Shown here: positions 20,483 to 31,300 of the stretch, piece after piece
How positions within the stretch are numbered: position 1 is the first letter of the stretch
Layout of the letters: each line of letters begins with the position of its first letter
DNA from: an uncultured Gemmatimonadales bacterium
GTDB taxonomy: Bacteria > Gemmatimonadota > Gemmatimonadetes > Longimicrobiales > RSA9
Reading direction: 5' to 3'
Length of the DNA stretch: 64,000 nucleotides
NCBI GenBank assembly: GCA_963798085.1
Contig: CAWCRS010000007.1
Location: 224,001 to 288,000 of the forward strand
Notes under the pieces: generated by a model
What the model saw: only the letters and a program-made list of their open reading frames with translations
What the model was told of the DNA's origin: nothing
The model's database searches: none
Position numbers and translations under genes: made by a program

Positions 20483-22037
20483 GATCAAGCCCGCGTTCGA
20501 CGATTTCGTGCGGCTGGCGGGAACCGCCGCGCTGGTTCCGCTCTACCGCGAGTTCCTGTTCGACTCCGACACCGCCGTCACGGCCTACGCGAAGCTGGCG
20601 CGGTGGTCGCCGGAAGATCACCGCGCGACGCCGCACACGCCACCCGCGGTTGCCGGGGCCGCGCATTTCGGCTTCCTGCTGGAATCGCTGGTGGGTGGCG
20701 AGAAGTGGGCACGCTACACCTTCCTCGGCACGCGCCCGCGCGGTGCCTGGCGGCTGCAGCCGGGCGGGCTGGTTTCGACCTGGTCACCCGAACGCGGATG
20801 GTCGGCGTCTGAACCGGTGCGGGATCCGCTGGCCGACCTCGACCAGCGACTGCGCGCTGCGCGCTGTGCGCGGCTGCCCGGACTGCCGCGCTTCACAGGC
20901 GGTGCCGTCGGCTATCTGGGTTACGATGTGATCCGTTACATTGAACGCCTGCCCGACCCGCCCCCGGACGACAGGAACCTGCCCGAGGCGCTGCTGCTCT
21001 TCACCGATGTGGTGCTGGCCATCGACAACGTATTCGGTCGCGCGCAGGCCATCACCACCGTGGAGGTCGGGGGGGTCGCCGACCGCATCGAGCTGCGCCG
21101 TCGCTACGACGCCGCGGTTGAGCGCGTGGACGAGGTGGTGCGCGCACTGGCGGAGCGCCCCGGCCCGCCCCGCCTCGATGCCGACAGCGCGCGTGCGGCA
21201 ACGCCCTTCCGCAGCACGCACACGCGGGCGCAGTACGAGAGCGATGTCGAGCGCATCCGCGAGTACATCCGCGCCGGTGATGCGTACCAGGTGGTCGCCA
21301 GCCAGCGACTCACGGTGCCGCTCACCGTCGATCCCTTCCAGCTCTACCGCATGCTGCGCGCGCTCAACCCTTCGCCCTACCTGTTCTTCCTCGAACTCGA
21401 TGGCGTCAGTCTCGTAGGGTCATCGCCCGAGGTCATGGTGCGGCTCGAGGATGGCAAGGTGACACTCCGGCCCATCGCGGGCACGCGCCCGCGCGGGCGT
21501 ACAGAACCCGAAGACGCCGCGCGCGCCGCCGAACTCCTGGCCGACCAGAAGGAGCGTGCCGAGCATCTCATGCTCGTCGACCTGGGCCGCAATGATGTGG
21601 GCCGCATTGCGCGCTACGGCAGCGTGCACGTCACCGACTTCATGAGCATCGAGCGCTACAGCCACGTGCTGCATTTGGTGAGTCAGGTGGAAGGCGAGCT
21701 GCGCGCAGGACTGAGCGCGGTCGACGTATTCCGTGCGTGTTTTCCGGCGGGCACGGTTTCGGGCGCGCCCAAGATCCGGGCGATGCAGATCATCGATGAG
21801 CTGGAGCCGGTGCGGCGGGGGCCTTACGCGGGGGCAGTTGGTTACTTCTCGTGGGGCGGGCACGCGATGGACACTGCCATCGCCATACGCACGCTCGTCG
21901 CGGAGAACGGGCGCGCGCACGTGCAGGCCGGCGCGGGCATTGTTGCCGATTCCGTGCCCGCGCGCGAGTACGATGAGACGCTGGACAAGGCACAGGCGCT
22001 GTTGAAGGTGCTGGCGTCGGCGAACGCAGAGACGTAG
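20481..22037 (+). CDS. trpE: Anthranilate synthase component I
   Basis: FLLES, GDAYQVV, NPSPY, RPIAGTRPRG, KERAEHLMLVDLGRND, FPAGTVSGAPKIRAM, QAGAGIVADS. Confidence 0.92.
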   Translation: MIKPAFDDFVRLAGTAALVPLYREFLFDSDTAVTAYAKLARWSPEDHRATPHTPPAVAGAAHFGFLLESLVGGEKWARYTFLGTRPRGAWRLQPGGLVSTWSPERGWSASEPVRDPLADLDQRLRAARCARLPGLPRFTGGAVGYLGYDVIRYIERLPDPPPDDRNLPEALLLFTDVVLAIDNVFGRAQAITTVEVGGVADRIELRRRYDAAVERVDEVVRALAERPGPPRLDADSARAATPFRSTHTRAQYESDVERIREYIRAGDAYQVVASQRLTVPLTVDPFQLYRMLRALNPSPYLFFLELDGVSLVGSSPEVMVRLEDGKVTLRPIAGTRPRGRTEPEDAARAAELLADQKERAEHLMLVDLGRNDVGRIARYGSVHVTDFMSIERYSHVLHLVSQVEGELRAGLSAVDVFRACFPAGTVSGAPKIRAMQIIDELEPVRRGPYAGAVGYFSWGGHAMDTAIAIRTLVAENGRAHVQAGAGIVADSVPAREYDETLDKAQALLKVLASANAET

Positions 22038-22278
22038 GGGAATTGCGGACACGCATGTCAGCAATCTCGGACTGTCACTTGTTATGCCGTTCGGGCGTTC
22101 AACGTGTGCGCGCAAGACGCGGGCTCGGCCGGTGCGCGGCTGACTCCGCCCTGAATCGAAGAATCAAGTGCAGGAATGGAACACCCGGTCAGCGGGTGCG
22201 ACGGGCCATCACAGGCCGGCGCGCCGGTTCCGTCCGGCGGCACGATGCCGCAGTGCGTCGCTCCGCCGTCGGGCCCGC

Positions 22279-24567
22279 CTAACCGACGACTTCGAAGACC
22301 GTCTCACTCTCCGCGCGTTCGCCCGTCTGCACACCGGTCACCGTGATGCGCATGCGGTAGCGGCCGGGCGGCAGGTCGGTGCCCAGGCGACGCAGTTCCT
22401 GCAGGGCTCCCGTGACGTCCGGTCGCGCGCGATCCTCGAAGCGCAGATCAATGTGCGGCGGGCCGCCGCCGAACAGGCGCTTCACGCTGCCCAGTGCGCC
22501 TCCGCCCTGCACGGGATCGACCGTGAGGTGAGTCCGGTAGGGCGCGTCCGCGGCCAGATTGTAGATCTCGTAGAAGAGTGTGAAGGGGTGGCCGGGCTGG
22601 AACCGGCGAGGCAGGGTCACGGCCAGCTTGAGGTCGCCGCGCTCCCAGTCCCCGGCGCTGTCGGGCGAGGCCAGCACCAGGTCACTCACCTGCAGGCCCG
22701 CACCCGTGTAGTCCTTGAGCCGTGTCGTGCCCGTGAAGACGCTGCCCGCGTCCACCACCGGGCTGCGCGCCACCACCCGATACACCGTGTTATCAGACGG
22801 CAGCACGGGCAGCGTGACGTGCGCGCGCAGGAAATCACCGGCATGCAGCGGCTGCGCCGTGGCGATGCGTACCAGTGTGTCGCGGCGCGTGACGTCGTCG
22901 GTCAGCGTATCCTGCAATATGATGGAGAGCGCCACGGGATACACGCGCCGGCCCTGCTCCTCGAGCGCGGCCGCGCCTTCGGCGGGAATCGCGAACGCAG
23001 CGGTGAGGTCGGTGCGGCCGAAGGGCGCGCGGAACGTGAACACGTCGAAGTGGAAGGGCAGTTCGCGGTCGTAGCGTGCCACGTACACGTCACTGGCCAG
23101 CGCCTGGCGCGCCTGGCGCCGGTACTCGGCGTCCACCGATTCCACCTCGGTGTGCACCATGCGCCGGATCTCGGTCTGGTCAATGACACGCGAGCCGGTG
23201 TTGAACGTCAGCAGGTCGGCGCGCAGCCGGGCGACGGCCGCCTGGTAGCGCGGCTCGAAGGCAGCCCGGTCTTCGATCAGGGAAATGACGGCGCGGTCGA
23301 AGCGCGCCTTGTCTTCGATGGGATCCACCGCCCCATCCAGCGCCTGCAGCAGGTCGCTGACCAGACTGTAGTCGCGGCTGCCGCGCAGCGCGACGAAATG
23401 AAACAGCTGGTTAGAGGTGCCGTCGGGTGCGCGGTAGATCCACGTCTCGTTGGGCAGCAGGCCATCGGAGCGCGTGCTCACCACGCGCTCGGGAAGACCG
23501 CGCTTGAGCAGCACCACACCGCGGTCGTCGAAGGGGCTGCCGCCCGTGGCGGTTTCGGCGAGCAGCACACCGCTGCCATTCACGCCCCGCCGCGAATTGC
23601 GCAGGTAGTCGCGGCGGGCGAGAGCCAGCCGGCGATAGTGTTCGGCCAGGCGCTCGGCCGGCGTAACACCGCTGTCAGCAGCACGCCGCTCCCAGAAGCG
23701 GTGCAGCCAGAAGCGGCGTCCGCTCAGGTCGGCATGCTCCCAGTCCGCGACTTCGGCCGCAGTGGCGATCACCCCGACGTCCTGGAACAGGCGCTCGGCG
23801 CTGGCCGCGTCCAGCGTGTCCACAGCGGCGAAGTAGGCGGCTGCACCGGCATCGTCGCGACCCGGCTGCAGGAGGAGCGCCTGCGCGCGCGCCACCAGCG
23901 TCGGCGCGCTGCCGCCTTCGTCCAGGGCAGCTTCCGCCTGGTGGTAGTCGCCGAGCGCCGTCTCCACCTCCGCCAGCGCACTGTTCACCTCGGGCGTAGC
24001 CTGGCCGTTGCGGCGCAGGCCCAGCAGTGCCTGCCTCGCCGCCACGATGTCGCCATGATCGCGGCCATCGTCCACCGCGAGCCGCGCCAGCAGCACGGCG
24101 GCGGGTGCGAAGAGCGAGTCCAGCTCCAGAGCGTCCTGCGCCGCCTTGCGCGCGCGCGATTTCGGATCCTTGCCCAGGATCTCGGCGAAGCTGTGCGTCA
24201 CCGTGATCCCGTTTTCCTGATTCAGCCTCGCCGCCGCCTCACCGGCATAGGCCAGCGCGAGTCCGTAATGCATCCACGTGACCCGCGGAAAGCGATCGGC
24301 ACCACGCTCGAATGCCTCGCGCGCCAGCTGCGCATCGGTGGCATCGTGCGTGACCTCGGCAATGCGCAGGCGAATGAGCCCACGCTCGATCAGCGGCTCC
24401 GGTGTCGTGGCCATGCCCGGCATGGGCAGCCGGCTCTGCAGCCGCTGCAAGGCGGGTACGTCGCTCAGCGCCCGCAGCGAATCGCGGTAGCTTGTCCATT
24501 CGCGCGTCTGCGCCGCCAGCGGAGCCGGCAGCAGGACGGCGAGCAGTATGGCATGAGTCAGCTTCAT
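22279..24567 (-). CDS. Exported TPR-like + GWxTD-domain protein with C-terminal Ig-like domain
   Basis: Signal peptide; Ala/Leu-rich helical repeats; FWERR..RLAEHYRRL..PFDDRGVVLLKRGLP (degenerate GWxTD); ETWIY; C-terminal LPPGRYRMRITVT beta-sandwich. Confidence 0.75.
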   Translation of the reverse strand: MKLTHAILLAVLLPAPLAAQTREWTSYRDSLRALSDVPALQRLQSRLPMPGMATTPEPLIERGLIRLRIAEVTHDATDAQLAREAFERGADRFPRVTWMHYGLALAYAGEAAARLNQENGITVTHSFAEILGKDPKSRARKAAQDALELDSLFAPAAVLLARLAVDDGRDHGDIVAARQALLGLRRNGQATPEVNSALAEVETALGDYHQAEAALDEGGSAPTLVARAQALLLQPGRDDAGAAAYFAAVDTLDAASAERLFQDVGVIATAAEVADWEHADLSGRRFWLHRFWERRAADSGVTPAERLAEHYRRLALARRDYLRNSRRGVNGSGVLLAETATGGSPFDDRGVVLLKRGLPERVVSTRSDGLLPNETWIYRAPDGTSNQLFHFVALRGSRDYSLVSDLLQALDGAVDPIEDKARFDRAVISLIEDRAAFEPRYQAAVARLRADLLTFNTGSRVIDQTEIRRMVHTEVESVDAEYRRQARQALASDVYVARYDRELPFHFDVFTFRAPFGRTDLTAAFAIPAEGAAALEEQGRRVYPVALSIILQDTLTDDVTRRDTLVRIATAQPLHAGDFLRAHVTLPVLPSDNTVYRVVARSPVVDAGSVFTGTTRLKDYTGAGLQVSDLVLASPDSAGDWERGDLKLAVTLPRRFQPGHPFTLFYEIYNLAADAPYRTHLTVDPVQGGGALGSVKRLFGGGPPHIDLRFEDRARPDVTGALQELRRLGTDLPPGRYRMRITVTGVQTGERAESETVFEVVG

Positions 24568-24822
24568 GGAGGCTTCCCTTCGCAGGGAACGCGCGGTCCG
24601 GCAACGAATCCGCAGTCTGCCGGTGCGCACCTTTACCCCTTCCCGGAGCGCGCGGTCCGACGCCGGCTACAGTGCACCACGCGCGCGCAGCGTCCGCATC
24701 AACCGGGTCCCGAAGCGCGGCCCGACACGACTGTTACGAGCAACCAGAGGCACAGCCGGGCAAAAGCGCAATACGCGTTCTGGCGATTCGCCCCGGCGGA
24801 CAACGATGTTCACAATAGTTGC

Positions 24823-24851
24823 TTGACAGTCTGCGCAGTTCCCCGTAATCT
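24823..24851 (+). promoter_or_regulatory. Sigma70 promoter of the TBDR-PorV operon
   Basis: Near-consensus TTGACA-17 nt-TAATCT in a locally AT-richer patch. Confidence 0.7.
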
Positions 24852-25027
24852 GGCCGCGCGCAAGAGAAGCATCACCGTTCCGAAAAGAGATCGTTACGAA
24901 GACCGGCGTCGAGACGCCCGCCATGCGGGCGCGCCATGCGTTTTCGACATCCGTCCGGCGGGACGCATCCGCCGGGCGCGCCACTGTTTCACCACCTTTC
25001 GCATCATCGCACCCAGGAGGATCCCCC

Positions 25028-28000
25028 ATGCTGCGTAAAGCGGTACAGCGACTCGCCACAGGCCTCGCCTGTACGCTGGTCCTGGTCGCTACGACCTGGA
25101 CCGGTGTTCGCGCGCAGGGCACGACCGGCAAGATCCAGGGTCGCGTCCTGGACTCGACTGGAAAGGCCGTACCTGCGGCTCAGGTCACCATCGAAGGCAC
25201 CACGTTCGGTAACCTGACCAACGACGACGGTTTCTACTTCATCAACGAAGTGCCGCCGGGGCTGGTGAACGTACGCGCGCAGAGCATCGGTTTCCGCGCA
25301 GTCGTGATTTCCCAGCAGCGCGTGCTCGCCGGCCAGACACTCACGCTGAACTTCACGCTGGAGGTGACGGCGGTCGAGCTGCAGGCGCTGGTCGTGACCG
25401 GCGAGCGCAACCCGCTCGTGCCGCGCGACCAGGTGTCGTCAAAGGCGATCATCACCGGTGAGAAGATCGATGAGCTGCCGTTCGACAACGCCACCAGCAT
25501 CGTGCTGTTGCAGCCCGGAGTGATCTCGACCAACTCGGGGCGCACCATCCGCGGCAGCCGGCCCGGTGAAGAGGCCGTGTATGTCGACGGCGTGCCCATC
25601 CGCCGCATCCGCACCGGTTCCACCGAGTCCTTCGATCTGCCCACGAACTCGCTGGCGCAGGTGGACGTCACGACCGGCGGCATAAGCGCGCGTTATGCGG
25701 ATGCGCAGTCGGGCGTGATCAACTTCGTTACCAAGACGGGCGGCCCCAAGTTCGGCGGCACGTTCGACCTGTTCACGGACATGCTCGGCCCCACCAACTG
25801 GTCGAGCGGATTCAACCGGGCGGAGCTGAGCTTCGGCGGGCCCATCCCGATCGTCAAGAACCTGACGTTCTTCTTCGGCGGCACGGCCCAGGGGCAGAAG
25901 TATGCCGGACTGAATCAGGGAATCGTCAACAGCCCGGGCTTCTACGTTGCGACGGGCGTGGACACCACGTTCCGGCTGGCGCGCAGCAGCCAGGTTTCCG
26001 GCCTGTCGGACAGCGTGGATGTCGCGGTGCCCAACTTCATCAAGTGGGACAACGGCAATCGCGCTCCCACCAACGTGGGCGACTCGTACAACTCGACAGC
26101 CAAGTTGTCCTACGGACTCCCGCGCGGCGGGCGCGTGGACCTGACGTATTACCGCAACCGCGATCAGAGCATCGGGCGGGGCCTGGGCAGCCTCTACAAT
26201 CCATATGCCTGGAACGGCAACTACTCGTCGGAGAACGTGCTCACACTGGGCACGTACTTCCTGATCAACCAGGCGCCGACACACCAGCTGGCGCTCGACC
26301 TCAAGGCCAGCTACCAGGCTGACTGGACGCAGTCGGGTGACATACAGCCCAATTATCTGCTGAACCATCTGGACCCGGCCTTCGGCTTCAACTTCTCCAA
26401 CCTGAAGTTCCTTGTGGACCCGAACGATTGGCCGGTCACCGACCTGCTGGTGAATCTGGCGCGCTCGGGCATTCTGCCGGCGGAATCGCTGCAGGTGCTG
26501 CCGAACCGGGCGGACCTGGGCTCCCGCCAGGGCGTGCAGGGTGTGAATACGTCGCTGCGGCTCAACCCCTACGGCATGCGCCAGAGCTGGTCCACATACG
26601 GCACCGGAAATACCGGCCAGTCGTGGACCAAGGAGAATCGCTGGTACTTCAGCGGCACGGCGGACTGGCAGCTCAACCGCTACAACCGCATGTGGATCGG
26701 CGGCGACATCACGATGGCGGATGACAAGGTGCAGAACGTGCCGCTCTACACCGGCACATCGATTCCGACCATGTACTCGCCCACGCGCGGCAGCCTGTAC
26801 GTCCAGAACCGTCTCGACATCGGCGACGTGGTGCTGGAAGGCGGATTGCGCTGGGACTACTTCGATCCCAATGGCTTCTTCCCCCGCGTGCCCGGTTACG
26901 TCTTCAATGTGCCGGACAGCCTCAAGGCGGACTTCCTGCGCTTCACTTCGGCGACCGGTCCGCTGGCCGATCGCGTGCAGTTGAATTCGGACTGCGGCGG
27001 CGCAGCCACGGCCGCACAGCGCACGAATTCCGCTGGCCAGGTGGTCTGCGAGGACAACTTCATCAAGGCATCGGTGAAGAAGGCGTTCGCGCCTCGCCTC
27101 GCGGTGAGCTTCCCGGTGACGCCGACGTCAACGTTCCGTTTCAGCTACTCACACAATACGCAGGTCCCGTCCCTGACGGGTGGCGGCAGCCTGTTCGGCT
27201 CCGCGTACACGGACCTGACCGGTGGCGCCAACACCAACACGACGTTCGGTCGTGACGTGGACATTCCGCGCACGGTGCTGTTCGAGGCCGGCTATCGTCA
27301 GGTGTTCGGTGGGTCCACCGTCGTGGACGCGGCGGTCTACTCCAAGACGACACGCAACAGCCTGACCTATCGCAAGCTGCCTTTCGAGGATCCCAAGATC
27401 CCGGGCCGTACCGTGTTCATCAATGTGCTGACCAACGCCGACTACTCGCTGGCGCGTGGTCTGGACCTGCGACTGGATCGTCGTTTCAGCGAGATCGCGG
27501 ACCTCTCGGTCAACTACTCGTTCGTGGACGCGCGCGGCACCGGCTCGGACCCCAACACCTACACGGGTCTGATCCTGCGGCGCTCGACGAACGTGGGTCT
27601 GTTCACGGGCCAGCCGACCGACCCGCCGGAGCTGCTGCTCACGCTCAACCAGAGCCGTGCGCACAACGTGGCGGGCACATTCTCGCTGCTGTTCCCCTCC
27701 GACTGGCACTCGGGCAGTGTCGCTAACACCGTCTTTGGCGACGTCGGCATCTTCGCCACCTTCCGACTCGCTTCCGGTCTGCCCTACACCCGCCTGGTGA
27801 ATGCGGGCAACGGCCAGACGGGCCCGCCCACCTTTGCCGGTCTGGTCGGCGTGCCCTCGGAGGAACTGAATGCCTCCCGCACACCGGGCTTCAAGACGCT
27901 CGACATGCGCATCCACCGGGGTTTCCGGGTGGGTGCCAAGCGCATGCGCGTGTTCGCCGACTTCCGCAACCCGCTGCACATCGCGAACACCAACTTCGTG

Positions 28001-28309
28001 TACATGGAGACCGGTGAGATCAACAACGCGCTGTACAAGACGGACTCGATCGATCCGCTGCTGCGCGATGCCACGCTGGACGGCAATGCCAACATCGACG
28101 ACTTCAACATCATGAAGGAGTCGCCGGACATTCCCATGAACAGGTACCTGCTGCTGCAGGCGGAAAAGCGTTTCGGCAATGGCGACGGCATCTTCACGGT
28201 CGACGAGCAGCGCAGGGCATTCGGATCGTTTTTCGATCTGTTCAACAACTCGCTGGGCTTCCGCAACGCGGACCGCTCGCTGCGGTTGGGCCTGGAGTTC
28301 GTGTTCTGA
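25028..28309 (+). CDS. TonB-dependent receptor with N-terminal carboxypeptidase-regulatory-like domain
   Basis: AGGAGG RBS, signal peptide, TTGKIQGRV, plug motifs IRGSRPGEEAVYVDG and TGGISARYADAQSGVINFVTK, APRLAVSFP, terminal LGLEFVF. Confidence 0.92.
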   Translation: MLRKAVQRLATGLACTLVLVATTWTGVRAQGTTGKIQGRVLDSTGKAVPAAQVTIEGTTFGNLTNDDGFYFINEVPPGLVNVRAQSIGFRAVVISQQRVLAGQTLTLNFTLEVTAVELQALVVTGERNPLVPRDQVSSKAIITGEKIDELPFDNATSIVLLQPGVISTNSGRTIRGSRPGEEAVYVDGVPIRRIRTGSTESFDLPTNSLAQVDVTTGGISARYADAQSGVINFVTKTGGPKFGGTFDLFTDMLGPTNWSSGFNRAELSFGGPIPIVKNLTFFFGGTAQGQKYAGLNQGIVNSPGFYVATGVDTTFRLARSSQVSGLSDSVDVAVPNFIKWDNGNRAPTNVGDSYNSTAKLSYGLPRGGRVDLTYYRNRDQSIGRGLGSLYNPYAWNGNYSSENVLTLGTYFLINQAPTHQLALDLKASYQADWTQSGDIQPNYLLNHLDPAFGFNFSNLKFLVDPNDWPVTDLLVNLARSGILPAESLQVLPNRADLGSRQGVQGVNTSLRLNPYGMRQSWSTYGTGNTGQSWTKENRWYFSGTADWQLNRYNRMWIGGDITMADDKVQNVPLYTGTSIPTMYSPTRGSLYVQNRLDIGDVVLEGGLRWDYFDPNGFFPRVPGYVFNVPDSLKADFLRFTSATGPLADRVQLNSDCGGAATAAQRTNSAGQVVCEDNFIKASVKKAFAPRLAVSFPVTPTSTFRFSYSHNTQVPSLTGGGSLFGSAYTDLTGGANTNTTFGRDVDIPRTVLFEAGYRQVFGGSTVVDAAVYSKTTRNSLTYRKLPFEDPKIPGRTVFINVLTNADYSLARGLDLRLDRRFSEIADLSVNYSFVDARGTGSDPNTYTGLILRRSTNVGLFTGQPTDPPELLLTLNQSRAHNVAGTFSLLFPSDWHSGSVANTVFGDVGIFATFRLASGLPYTRLVNAGNGQTGPPTFAGLVGVPSEELNASRTPGFKTLDMRIHRGFRVGAKRMRVFADFRNPLHIANTNFVYMETGEINNALYKTDSIDPLLRDATLDGNANIDDFNIMKESPDIPMNRYLLLQAEKRFGNGDGIFTVDEQRRAFGSFFDLFNNSLGFRNADRSLRLGLEFVF

Positions 28310-28320
28310 TGGAGGCGAGA

Positions 28321-28352
28321 TCCGGGAGCGCGTGCGCAAGCGCGCTCCCGGA
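28321..28352 (+). other. Intergenic stem-loop without U-tract
   Basis: Perfect 12-bp stem TCCGGGAGCGCG/CGCGCTCCCGGA around a GCAA-containing loop. Confidence 0.7.
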
Positions 28353-28396
28353 CCGGAGCGGATGACGAAATTCGACGACTAGCTCAGGGAGCAATC

Positions 28397-31300
28397 ATGA
28401 ATCGTGAGACTCGTGGGGGCCTCGCCCGGCGCACGGGCCTGGCTGCCCTGTCGGCGATGCTGCTGCTGCCGACGTTTGTGGCAGGGCAGAGTGTGGCCGA
28501 GAAATACCGTCAGGCGCGCGAACGCTCGAGCCCGTTCAACCTGTCCAGCTCGGCCAACTCGGTGCTGCAGGTGAACAAGTTCCAGTGCGGCCTGTCCAAC
28601 AAGGGCTTCGTCTGCACCAATGTATTCGACAGCCCCACCGGCGGTGGTGGCTTCTGGCCCACCGGCACGGTAGACCAGTACATGTTCCGGTCCGGCGGCC
28701 AGATCTTCGGCATCATTCCCGGATCCAAGGCGGACAATCCGTGGGCGGGTGACACGGTGGGCGCCTTCTTCAACGAGGGCACCGGCCAGCGCGGCCACGG
28801 CACGCCGGTAACAGAGATTTACAATTCGCTGGATCCGAACGATCTGGCGAACTGGCCGGATGTCGGTTCGGTGGACCACTTCCCGGAAGCCACCGCCTGG
28901 GTGACGGACACGTCACTGTTCAACGACGTGCTGATCGGCCGCAAGGCGGCGTCGCAGCAGGACACCTGGCAGCTGTACTGGGACGGCGATCCCGGCCCCA
29001 CCCTGGGCCGCAACCATCCCATGGGCATCCTGGTGGAGCAGCGGTCGCTGGCCTGGAACTATCCGTCCGGCAATGAAGCGATCATCTACTTCATCTACAA
29101 ATTCACGAACGTCACCAACAACCCGTACTTCCAGCAGCTGAACGAGGCCAAGTTCTTCGGCGGCGCGAACCAGTTGCCGGACGGCGGCTGGCGGATTGAT
29201 TCGATCTACGTCGCCGTCGACTCTGATGCGGACGTGGACGCGGACAAGGCGGACCAGAACTACGCGACCGGCATTCTGCCGTTCAACCTCGGTATCGCGT
29301 ACCTGAACTCTTTCTACGAGCCCGCGTTCGACTATCCGCCGTCGGAGTTCCACGCGCCCTTCTTCCCGGCAGCGGTGGGCATCGTGGGCGTGAAGTTCCT
29401 GAAGAGTCCGACCAATCCGGCGACAGGCAAGGAAGTAGGTCTGACCAGCCTGTCGCTGCACACCAACGGCGGCGCCTTCCCGGATCCGGCCAACGTCCAG
29501 CGCGGCTGGCGCTACGTCTCGCTGAACGTGGACGCCGGCAAGGGCGATCCCAACTGCACGTTCAGCATCAATGAGGTCAAGGCGAGACGCGCCTGCTATC
29601 TCGGCCAGACGGCGAGCGACGTGCGCTTCTTCATTGGCTCGGGTCCGTTCTCGCTGGATCCCGGCCAGAGCGCCACGGTAGCCGTGGCCATGTACGCGGC
29701 CGCCACAGTTGCGACCAGTCAGATCCAGATCACGGCGGACAACAAGCCGGGCATTCCTTCGATTCACCCCGGATGCTTCGGCGATCCGATCCGTCCCATC
29801 GAGGTGGGCTCCGGCTGGGTGAAGACCAACACCTGCCCGAGCGATCCTGCGGATGCCGTCGACCAGCATGACGTCCAGGTCGTGACGGGCTCGCTGCTGG
29901 GCAAGGGCCTGGTGGCGCAGGCCATTTTCGACAACAAGTTCCTCCTGGGCTTCGCGCCCGAGACGCCCACCTTCCAGCTGGTGCCGGGCAACAACCAGAT
30001 CACGGTGGTCTGGGAGCCCAGCAACACGGAGAAGGAGGGTGATCCGTTCTTCGTCGCGGCAGGCGATCCTAACAGCCCGTTGTACGATCCCAACTACCGC
30101 CAGTTCAATGTGGAAGGCTACCGCATCTACCGCGGCACCACGCCGGGCAACCTCCATTTGATCGCGCAATTCGACAAGAAGGGCTCGGTCTTCGAGGACA
30201 ACCTGTGCGTGACGGATCCCACGTTCGTTGTCGGCGATACCTGCCCCGGCTCGACGGAAGTCGATCTGACGGGCGCCTTCGTGCAGTATCCGCCCGGAGG
30301 TGTCGTGCGGCTGGCGGACGGGACGCCCCTGGTGGTCAAGGCGGACACGGCGCTCGCGGCCGAGATCGCGGCGGGCAACGGGCAGCCGCTCAGCGACACG
30401 GGCATCCCCTACGCCTACGTTGACAAGGATGTGCGCAACGGCTTCCAGTACTTCTACAAGGTGACGGCGTTCGACATCAACAGCCTGAATTCCGGTCCCA
30501 GCTCGCTGGAATCGGCGGGCGGCTCGAAGAACACGACACCGCGCGCCGCCGCCACCTCACTGGCCGACGCGCAGTTCGCGGTGGGTCTGTTCGGACGCGG
30601 TAACACGCCATTAACGGGTCAGGCGCCCAGCATCGACCCGGTCACCGGTGAGTTCAGCGGACCGGCGGCGCCCACGGGCCTGATGACGGGTGAGTTCCTG
30701 CCCTTCGCGGCGCAGCTGCTGCCCGCGGGTACCAAGGAGATCCGCATCGACAGCGTGGTGCCCGGATACTATCCGAACGGCGTGATCGCGACGTTCTACG
30801 TGACCGCCGACGGCCAGCACACCTCAGTCCAGTTCAGCAACGGCAACGTGAGCGGCGGGCACACCGATCCCGAGACCCACGATCTGCCCGTGGTTTCCGT
30901 GGCGTCGGATCCGACGATCCGGCAGCAGCTGATCGCCAAGGGTGTGGACGCGCCGGCATCGGCGGGCAGCCTGACGGCGCAGCTGGCATCGGAGCGGCCG
31001 CACTGGGGGTCGGTAGACAGCGACTGGGCGTTCAAGCAGCCGGGCTTCTGGGATCCGTATGATCCACCGACCACACTGCCCGGCGGCTCGCGCTGGTTCA
31101 CGGGCGCGAACGAAGCGACGAAGGATCCGACGGCGGGGTACGCGGCCGGGTTCATTCAGGGCTACACGATTTTCAAACCCGAGCCCTATCAGACCGTCGC
31201 ACCGGCGCCTACTGGGGCGACCGCCCTGACCGCCTTCCGCGGCCAGAGCGGTGACATCATGCGCCGCTTCTACGGCACCACGTTCGGCGCGCACCGCGCC

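Noticed and set aside
22168..25038. 956-aa plus-strand ORF
   Set aside because: Antisense shadow of the GWxTD gene with no motifs; long shadow ORFs are expected at high GC.
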